From Verrucomicrobia bacterium ADurb.Bin006 (GTDB lineage: Bacteria > Verrucomicrobiota > Verrucomicrobiia > Limisphaerales > J093), in contig MWFF01000086.1 of NCBI GenBank assembly GCA_002071485.1, forward strand, positions 34,617 through 98,616: a stretch of DNA of 64,000 nt, in the 5' to 3' direction. Shown here in pieces: positions 54,571-64,000 of this stretch. Both the position numbers and the translations under genes were made by a program. The notes under the pieces were generated by a model. That model ran no database searches, was not told the DNA's origin, and worked only from the letters and a program-made list of their open reading frames with translations. Each line of letters begins with the position of its first letter. Positions within the stretch are counted from its first letter, which is position 1.

Positions 54571-55917
54571 TCAGCCGTTCCACGCCAGGGCCCGATCAAC
54601 GCGCTCGAAGACCTTGTCGCGTCCGAGGACTTCGAGCAGATGATACAGGCTCGGTCCGACGGTCTTGCCGGTGCAGGCCAGGCGGGCGGGATGTACCAGG
54701 GCGCCGACCTTGACGCCGAGTTGCCCGGCGAGGTTCTTAAGACACGCCTCGAGGTGCAGCGCCGTGAACTCGGGCAGCGCGCCAAACGCATTCCGAAGCC
54801 TGCGCAGGCGGTCGCGGCCTTCAGCGGTGAAACCCTTGGCCGCGGCCTCAGTGTCCCACGAGATTTCGTCCGTGAAGTAGAAGCCGGCGTAACCGCCCAG
54901 CTCGGCGAAGGTCTTGAGTTTTCCATGGCAGGTGTCGAGCGCGGCCTTGACGTAGGACAAGGGGAACCGATTGGTGTCGATGCCCGCCTTGGCCAGGGCA
55001 TGGACGCAGAGCTCGTAAAAGCGGTCGGGATTCATGGCGCGCATGTACTCGGCATTCATCCACTGGAGCTTGGCCATGTCGAAGCGCGCGTTGTGCCGCA
55101 GAATCTGCGAGAGATCGAATCGGTCGATGATCTCCCGGACGGGGAGGATCTCGCGGTTGTCCTTCGGAGACCAGCCCAGGAGACAGAGGTAATTGACCAC
55201 GGCCTCCGGCGTGTAGCCTTCCTCGAGATACGTCGAGAGCGATGCGCCCTGATCGCGCTTGCTCATCTTGGAGCCGTCGGGATTGAGGATGAGCGGGATG
55301 TGGGCGTAGACGGGAGGCGCCACCCCGAAGGCCCGGAACAGCGCGATGTGTTTCGGGGTGTTCGACAGGTGATCCTCGCCCCGAATGACATGCGTGATTC
55401 CCATTTCAAGGTCGTCAATCACGTTGACCAGATGAAACACGGGCTGTCCGTCGGACCGGACGATCACGAAATCGGGATCGCGCGCCTCGCGGTCGGTGAG
55501 TTCGCGACGCACCTCCCCAACGATCAGGTCCGGCACGACGATCGGCTCGCGGGGCATGCGGAAGCGCACCGCGCCCTCGTGCTCGTAGGCCATGTCCCGC
55601 GCAAGCAGCGCCTCGACCCGCAGCCGGTAGTTCTCCTGCCGCTGCGATTGATAGTACGGGCCGCGGTCGCCTTTGTAGGGCCCGGTCGCGTCGCTGGTCA
55701 GCGGACCTTCGTCCCAATTCACCCCCAGCCAGCGGAGCCCGTGGAGAATGACGTCCACCGCCGCCTGTGTGTTACGCGCCGTGTCCGTGTCCTCGATGCG
55801 GAGAATCAGATGCCCCCCGACGTGGCGGGCGTAGAGCCAGTTGAACAGCGCTGTGCGCGCGCCACCGATGTGGAGAAACCCCGTCGGGCTGGGGGCGAAT
55901 CGGACACGAATGCTCAT
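54571..55917 (-). CDS. gltX: glutamate--tRNA ligase
   Basis: RVRFAPSPTGFLHIGGARTALFNW (HIGH) and KMSKRD. Confidence 0.96.
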   Translation of the reverse strand: MSIRVRFAPSPTGFLHIGGARTALFNWLYARHVGGHLILRIEDTDTARNTQAAVDVILHGLRWLGVNWDEGPLTSDATGPYKGDRGPYYQSQRQENYRLRVEALLARDMAYEHEGAVRFRMPREPIVVPDLIVGEVRRELTDREARDPDFVIVRSDGQPVFHLVNVIDDLEMGITHVIRGEDHLSNTPKHIALFRAFGVAPPVYAHIPLILNPDGSKMSKRDQGASLSTYLEEGYTPEAVVNYLCLLGWSPKDNREILPVREIIDRFDLSQILRHNARFDMAKLQWMNAEYMRAMNPDRFYELCVHALAKAGIDTNRFPLSYVKAALDTCHGKLKTFAELGGYAGFYFTDEISWDTEAAAKGFTAEGRDRLRRLRNAFGALPEFTALHLEACLKNLAGQLGVKVGALVHPARLACTGKTVGPSLYHLLEVLGRDKVFERVDRALAWNG

Positions 55918-55955
55918 GGATGAATCAGTCTATGATTGCGGTCAAAATGACAAAG

Positions 55956-57158
55956 CTACTTCGCCAGTTTCTTCACCACCTCGGCCAATCCGCCCGCGAC
56001 CGGCTCGATCTCGATCGTGCGTTTCGAGCGGGAGCCGGGGACCGGGCGTGGCGAGGCAGTCAGGGGCGCCTCGGGCGGACGCTCGTCTTGCGCGGGTGCG
56101 GCGGGGGGCAGAGGTGAGGGAATCATCGCCGGCTCGGCGTCCGCATCGGCGGTCTCGGCCGTGTTCACCAGGGACCAGTCCTTGCGTTTGTCGAGCCAGC
56201 GCTGATAGCGATCGAACGTCCACATGCCGTGGTCGGCGCCAGTCTCGATCATGGGGAAGATTTTGAAGAACTCGCCCTGGCGGATGAAGTTCTTGACTGC
56301 ATGTGTGGCGACCAGGATCTCACATTCGGGAATCCGCAGCTTGAGATCGGGCCGGTAGCGCAGGCGCTGGCAGACGACGGCCTGGAGGCAATCGGCCAGA
56401 GCGGCGCGCACGCTTCCCTGGCTCTCGGGCGCGAAAGCGGAGACGATGCGTTGCAGGGCCTCGGCCGCGGTCGAGGAGTGCATAGTGGCGAAGACGAGGT
56501 GGCCGGTTTCCGAGGAATTGAGTGTGAGCCGCATCGTGGCGGGTTCGCGCATCTCACCGACCATCAGAACATCGGGGTCTTCCCGCAACGAGTCGAGCAG
56601 GGCCTGCTCAAACGAGGGCGTGTCCCGCCCCACCTCGCGTTGGCGGATGAAGGAACGGCGCGGTCTGAACGTGTATTCGATCGGGCTCTCGACGGTCACG
56701 ATGTGACGCGCCTCGGCCAGGTTGATCTCCTGGATGAAGGCGGCGAGGGTCGTCGATTTGCCGCATCCGGTCGGCCCGCAGACCAGGACCAGGCCGTGTT
56801 GGAGGCGGGCGAACTTCTCGAGATCGGGATGGAGATTGAGGCGTTCGAGCGTGGCGGCGAACGAGGCCAGCAGACGGATGGCAAAGCCGACCCCGCGCGT
56901 GCTGTTCATGACATTGATGCGGCAACGCGCGCCCCCAATGGGCCGGGACATGTCGAAGGAACGCCGTTCGAGAAAGGCGGGCCAATGGGCCTCGCCGATG
57001 AGTTCGTGCGCGGCCTCCATGAGGTCCTTGGCGGGCACCGGATCGTCCTGCACCTTGAGGACGCCATTGATCCGGAAGGCGGGAGGCAGGCCCGGTTCGA
57101 GATGCAGGTCGCTGGCGCCCTGCGCCTTGGCTATGGCGATCAGGTTTTCGAGAATCAT
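55956..57158 (-). CDS. pilT: type IV pilus retraction ATPase PilT-like, with a C-terminal extension
   Basis: ASDLHLEPGLPPAFRINGVL, Walker A GPTGCGKSTT and the Asp/His boxes are present. About 55 extra Pro/Ala-rich residues follow the core. The first ATG is at 57158; the ORF opens with TTG at 57176. Confidence 0.9.
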   Translation of the reverse strand: MILENLIAIAKAQGASDLHLEPGLPPAFRINGVLKVQDDPVPAKDLMEAAHELIGEAHWPAFLERRSFDMSRPIGGARCRINVMNSTRGVGFAIRLLASFAATLERLNLHPDLEKFARLQHGLVLVCGPTGCGKSTTLAAFIQEINLAEARHIVTVESPIEYTFRPRRSFIRQREVGRDTPSFEQALLDSLREDPDVLMVGEMREPATMRLTLNSSETGHLVFATMHSSTAAEALQRIVSAFAPESQGSVRAALADCLQAVVCQRLRYRPDLKLRIPECEILVATHAVKNFIRQGEFFKIFPMIETGADHGMWTFDRYQRWLDKRKDWSLVNTAETADADAEPAMIPSPLPPAAPAQDERPPEAPLTASPRPVPGSRSKRTIEIEPVAGGLAEVVKKLAK

Positions 57159-57500
57159 ACCATGTCTTGTCAGCAAGGCCTAACTCAGACCAATCCAATC
57201 CTTAACTCCATAGGCCAGCCCCACCGTTCCCCCACCCTCCTCCACGGCGCCTCGCTCCGCGAAATCCTCGACCCCTCAACGGAGCAAACAAACGAGACTT
57301 GTTTACAGCGCTTTTCACCGATCAAGGATTCTGAAGGATGGCCCATCGCCGGGGCGAGCCTAAAATGCGGTTCGGGCGCGGAGGCGCACGGTTATTTCAT
57401 TTAAATTCCTGAAGGGTTGCTGTTGTTGAGGTTGGAAATAGCGCTTATCAATTGGCGTGGTTTGGTGCGTTGTAGGCGTGCGATGATCTCGACAAACCAC

Positions 57501-57525
57501 TGTCAAATTAGGAACCTGTCACTTT
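57501..57525. repeat. direct repeat copy A
   Basis: TGTCAAATTAGGAACCTGTCACTTT. It matches copy B apart from one mismatch and a 2-nt indel. Confidence 0.8.
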
Positions 57526-57527
57526 CT

Positions 57528-57659
57528 CTATCCCACGACATTCACCTTCATCTCTCGCAGCTTCTCCTTCTCCAGCGGCCCTAAAAGCCTCTGCCCGCCC
57601 ACCACACGCGACATGCAGTGATACACCGCCCCACGCCCGCTGATCTTGATCCGCGCCAT
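57528..57659 (-). pseudogene. truncated N-terminal fragment of an IS200/RAYT-like (Y1) transposase
   Basis: MARIKISGRGAVYHCMSRVVGGQRLLGPLEKEKLREM resembles the conserved N-terminus (..G..YH.M.R...) of REP-associated/IS200-like tyrosine transposases. The reading stops after about 44 codons, at the edge of repeat copy A. Confidence 0.5.
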
Positions 57660-57739
57660 CCGCATAGGAGACCTTTCGTTCAACTCACTCCACCACAACT
57701 GCCCTTGCCGCAGACACATGTACGCCAAAACAGAAGGCG

Positions 57740-57766
57740 TGTCAATAATTACGAACCTGTCACTTT
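57740..57766. repeat. direct repeat copy B
   Basis: TGTCAATAATTACGAACCTGTCACTTT, 239 bp from copy A. Together the two copies bracket the transposase fragment. Confidence 0.8.
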
Positions 57767-58009
57767 ATTTCATCGGCGGGGACGAGGACGTCCCCACTCC
57801 AACGCCTGCGTGTGCGCGAACAGAGCGCACCAGGCCGCGTGCCCTGCCCGCGCCGCAGAGCGCAACGGCCTGTCTGCCGTGTCGGGCACGGCATAGGCAG
57901 GCGCGGCAGGGAGACTCCACGCGGCGCATACTCGATTCCCGCCGACAATCTCCAGATGCATTGTCGCGGGCTTGCAAGCCGGTCCAGATGGCATGACACT
58001 GCGGACGGC

Positions 58010-59275
58010 GTGCAGATCGAGATCATCAATACCGGCACGGAACTGATGCGGGGCGACGTACTGAACACGGATCATCAGTGGCTGTGCCGGCAATTGGCCG
58101 ACGCGGGCTACACCGTGGCGCGCCAGGTGGCGGTCGACGATACAGCCCACCACATTCAAGAGGCCGCGCGCGAAGCGCTGGGACGGGCCGACATTGTCAT
58201 CACCAGCGGCGGCTTGGGGCCGACCTCGGACGACTCGACGCGGGATGCGATCGCGGCCCTGCTCGGGCGGCGGCTCATCGAGGACGCTTCCGTGCGGGCC
58301 TGGATTGACGCCTGGTTCGCCGCACGGAACCGTCCGCAACCGCCCGCCACGCGCATCCAGGCGATGGTCCCCGAGGGCGCGATTGTGATCCCCAACACCC
58401 ACGGCACGGCACCGGGCCTGCGGATGCGATGCGGTCACGGCGCGATGGCGGATTCCACGGTGGCAGCCGACAAGTGGCTGATCATGCTGCCCGGCCCGCC
58501 GCGCGAACTCCAGCCGATGTTCCTCGAGGGAGTGCTTCCGTGGCTCAAGGCGTCCTTTCCGCCGCCGGGACCGGCGGTGTGCCGCATCCTGCGGAGCACG
58601 GGTTTGGGAGAGTCGGTGATCCAGGAGATGGTTGGGGAGCCGCTCTGCAGGCTCGGCGGCGGCGGGCTCGAAGTCGGGTACTGCGCGCGGCCCGGTGAAG
58701 TGGATGTGCGCCTAACGGCGCGCGGCGCGGCGGCCGAGGCGCTGGTGGCTGACGCGGAGGCCGTGGTGCGCGGGCGGCTCGGTGACCACGTGTTCGGCGT
58801 TGGGGGCGAACTGCTCGAACAGGTGGTCGTCCGCCTTCTGACGGACAGTCGGCGGACGATAGCAACGGCCGAGTCGTGCACCGGCGGGCGACTATCCAAC
58901 CGCATCACCGACGTGCCGGGCGCATCGGCGGTGTTCGTGGGCGGCGCCGTCACCTACAGCAACGACGCCAAACAGCGGATGCTGGGTGTGCGGTCCGAGA
59001 CACTGGCGGCCCACGGCGCCGTCAGCGAGGCCACGGCCCGCGAGATGGCCGAGGGCGCGCGGGCGCGTCTTGGGGCCGATTACGCCCTGGCCACGACGGG
59101 TATCGCGGGTCCGTCGGGCGGCACCGAGACCAAACCTGTCGGCACGGTCTTCATTGCCATGGCCGGTCCTGACCGGACCGTCGTCCGGCACGAGTGGAAT
59201 CGGTTCGACCGGGAGACATTCAAGCGCGTCACCACGCAACAGGCCCTCGATTTGGTTAGGCGCGAACTACTATGA
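58010..59275 (+). CDS. cinA: CinA-family competence/damage-inducible protein (MoCF-binding plus nicotinamide-nucleotide amidase domains)
   Basis: The GTG at 58010 gives the canonical (M)QIEIINTGTELMRGDVLNT...ITSGGLGPTSDD N-terminus. The C-terminal PncC-like part reads TAESCTGG...TTGIAGP. An in-frame ATG at 57956 is an alternative start. Confidence 0.88.
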   Translation: MQIEIINTGTELMRGDVLNTDHQWLCRQLADAGYTVARQVAVDDTAHHIQEAAREALGRADIVITSGGLGPTSDDSTRDAIAALLGRRLIEDASVRAWIDAWFAARNRPQPPATRIQAMVPEGAIVIPNTHGTAPGLRMRCGHGAMADSTVAADKWLIMLPGPPRELQPMFLEGVLPWLKASFPPPGPAVCRILRSTGLGESVIQEMVGEPLCRLGGGGLEVGYCARPGEVDVRLTARGAAAEALVADAEAVVRGRLGDHVFGVGGELLEQVVVRLLTDSRRTIATAESCTGGRLSNRITDVPGASAVFVGGAVTYSNDAKQRMLGVRSETLAAHGAVSEATAREMAEGARARLGADYALATTGIAGPSGGTETKPVGTVFIAMAGPDRTVVRHEWNRFDRETFKRVTTQQALDLVRRELL

Positions 59276-60057
59276 TTCAGAATACGGTGCGCATCCTGCG
59301 GAACGATCGCGAGGCCGATCTGTACTATCGTCTTACATTGCGGGCGCCGCGGGTTGCGCCGCTGATCCAGCCGGGGCAGTTTGCGCACTTGCGCATCGGG
59401 TTCCTGGGCGAGGCGCTCCTCCGGCGTCCGTTCAGCGTCTTCCAGGTTGCGGATGAGACCTTCTCAATCCTATACAAGACGGTCGGCAAAGGCACCGAAG
59501 CCCTGGCGCGGATGCGTCCGGGAGACGACCTGAGTGTCATCGCGCCACTTGGTCACGGATTCACGGTGCCGCAGCCGGGTGGGGAAACGCCCCTGCTGGT
59601 CGCGGGGAGCTACGGCATGGCGGCCCTCTACCTGTTGGCCCAGCGCTCGCCGCAAAAGGGGGTCGTGTTCGTCGGCGGACGCCGGAGCGCGGATATCCTG
59701 TGTGTGGAGGAGTTCAGGGCGCTGGGCTGGGATGTGCGGGTGACGACCGAGGACGGCAGCCGCGGCGAGCACGGCCTTGTGACGCGACCTTTGATCGACG
59801 AAGTGCGTCGCCAAGCGGGCGGACGAAAGCTCTTTGCCTGCGGGCCGACGCCGATGCTCGAAGCCGTCGGCAGGATCGCGTCCGAGTTTGGAGTGCCGGC
59901 GGAGCTCTCGATGGACGAGCCCATGTGTTGCGGCGTTGGGGTGTGCCTGGCGTGTGTCATTCCGATACGAAAAGGCGACCGATGGGAATACCAGCGCACC
60001 TGCACCGAGGGGCCGGTCTTCGACGCGCGGACGATCGCCTGGGACGTGCGAGGCTGA
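59272..60057 (+). CDS. pyrK: dihydroorotate dehydrogenase (class 1B) electron-transfer subunit
   Basis: RRPFSVF FAD-binding motif and the C-terminal 2Fe-2S cluster CCGVGVCLACV. ATGA overlap with cinA. Confidence 0.92.
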   Translation: MIQNTVRILRNDREADLYYRLTLRAPRVAPLIQPGQFAHLRIGFLGEALLRRPFSVFQVADETFSILYKTVGKGTEALARMRPGDDLSVIAPLGHGFTVPQPGGETPLLVAGSYGMAALYLLAQRSPQKGVVFVGGRRSADILCVEEFRALGWDVRVTTEDGSRGEHGLVTRPLIDEVRRQAGGRKLFACGPTPMLEAVGRIASEFGVPAELSMDEPMCCGVGVCLACVIPIRKGDRWEYQRTCTEGPVFDARTIAWDVRG

Positions 60058-60062
60058 ACGCG

Positions 60063-60983
60063 ATGAACCTGTCGGTCCAGATTGGCCGGTTGACACTGCG
60101 GAATCCGGTGACGGTCGCTTCCGGGACGTTCGGCTACGGAGTCGAGTACGCCCGACTGCTCGATTTGAATCGACTCGGCGCCCTGGCTGTGAAGGGCATC
60201 CGGTTGGATCCCGTCCGCGGGAATCCGACGCCGCGGACGGCCGAGGTGGCCAGCGGTATGCTCAACGCCATCGGCTTGCAGGGGCCCGGCGTCGACGGTT
60301 TCATCGAGCGGTACTGGCCGTTCCTCGCAGGGCTCGAGGTCCCGACGATCATCAATATCTGGGGGACGACTGTCGAGGAATACGCCGAAGTGGCGCGGAG
60401 ATTCGACGCCCTCGGCGGTGTCGGCGCGCTCGAACTGAACGTCTCGTGTCCGAACATCAAGGAAGGCGGCGCCCAGTTCGGAACCGATCCGCGACTGCTT
60501 CATCAAGTGGTGGCGGCCTGTCGGAAGGCGACATCCCTGCCGCTCATCACCAAGTTGAGCCCAAATGTGGTCAACATCGCACCGTATGCCAAAGCGGCGG
60601 AGGAGGCCGGTTGCGACGCGTTGTCCATCACCAACAGCTTTCCGGCAATGGCCATCGACATCGAGACACGCCGGCCCCGGCTGGCCAATGGCACGGGCGG
60701 GCTGAGCGGGCCGTGCATCAAACCGATCGCAATCAAGCTGGTCTGGGACGCCGCCAAGGCCGTCCGCATCCCCATCATCGGCATGGGCGGCATCCAGAGC
60801 GCCGCGGACGCCATCGAGTTCATGATGGCCGGCGCGACGGCGGTGGCGGTGGGCACCGCGAATTTCTACGAACCGCAGACCGCCTTGCAGGTCATCGACG
60901 GTCTTGGCGACTTCATGCGGCGTCACGGGATCGAGGAGGTGCGCGAGATCGTCGGGAGTGTCAGAATCGAGAAACGCTCCTGA
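60063..60983 (+). CDS. pyrD: dihydroorotate dehydrogenase (class 1B) catalytic subunit
   Basis: ATG at 60063. NPVTVASGTFGYG, ALELNVSCPN and GGLSGP...GMGGI motifs. Confidence 0.94.
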   Translation: MNLSVQIGRLTLRNPVTVASGTFGYGVEYARLLDLNRLGALAVKGIRLDPVRGNPTPRTAEVASGMLNAIGLQGPGVDGFIERYWPFLAGLEVPTIINIWGTTVEEYAEVARRFDALGGVGALELNVSCPNIKEGGAQFGTDPRLLHQVVAACRKATSLPLITKLSPNVVNIAPYAKAAEEAGCDALSITNSFPAMAIDIETRRPRLANGTGGLSGPCIKPIAIKLVWDAAKAVRIPIIGMGGIQSAADAIEFMMAGATAVAVGTANFYEPQTALQVIDGLGDFMRRHGIEEVREIVGSVRIEKRS

Positions 60984-61129
60984 ATCAGCATCTGCCGGCT
61001 CATCCGCCGGCTCTTGGCTGGGGAGATCAGCGGGCGGCCCTCGTGCGCGAACTCAGGTTGCCGCACCAACTCGATGTCACCCGAGGTTCGCTCGACAAGG
61101 GGGAACGTCTGACGACCCTGCTGTGAGGG

Positions 61130-64000
<2,871 letters not shown>

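Overview
This is a gene-dense, high-GC chromosomal segment (roughly 60-65% GC by eye) with about 50 protein genes. I recognised no rRNA, tRNA, CRISPR array, integrase, reverse transcriptase or obvious defence or mobile island.

Gene content points to a PVC-superphylum, Verrucomicrobiota-like genome. The evidence is a prepilin-type N-terminal protein with an exact H-X9-DG motif, a Minf_1886-family protein, a DUF2723 plus TPR giant protein, and many Gfo/Idh/MocA, ThuA, DUF1638 and HEAT-repeat genes.

Most of the window is housekeeping:
- Translation and transcription: leuS, alaS, gltX, infA, rpmG, rpsR, rho.
- Metabolism and other: pyrK-pyrD, cinA, pilT, pgsA, cls, and metH (partial at the right edge).
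- A sugar-catabolic operon at the left edge.
- A 9-kb same-strand envelope-transport block: STAS-MlaE, MlaF, MlaD and an auxiliary lipoprotein, then a MacA-type adaptor, a stand-alone ATPase and two paralogous FtsX-type permeases.

The strand of each gene was decided by recognisable family motifs. High GC produces many long spurious antisense ORFs, up to 1192 aa, which I rejected.

I do not see a convincing self-contained novel system. The observations most worth a second look are:
1. A single uninterrupted ORF fusing an LMW phosphatase, RpiB and serine hydroxymethyltransferase.
2. The hybrid Mla / MacA / LolCDE-like transporter block.
3. A cysteine-depleted DksA/TraR-like gene packed against a cysteine-depleted L33 and an RGG-extended S18.
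4. Several decayed genes: a frameshifted thioesterase, a shattered lipoprotein hydrolase, a truncated IS200/RAYT-like transposase fragment bracketed by 25-nt direct repeats, and a possible prepilin relic.
5. Coding tandem repeats and a few structured intergenic elements.

All functional calls rest on motif recognition by eye. No database search was run.
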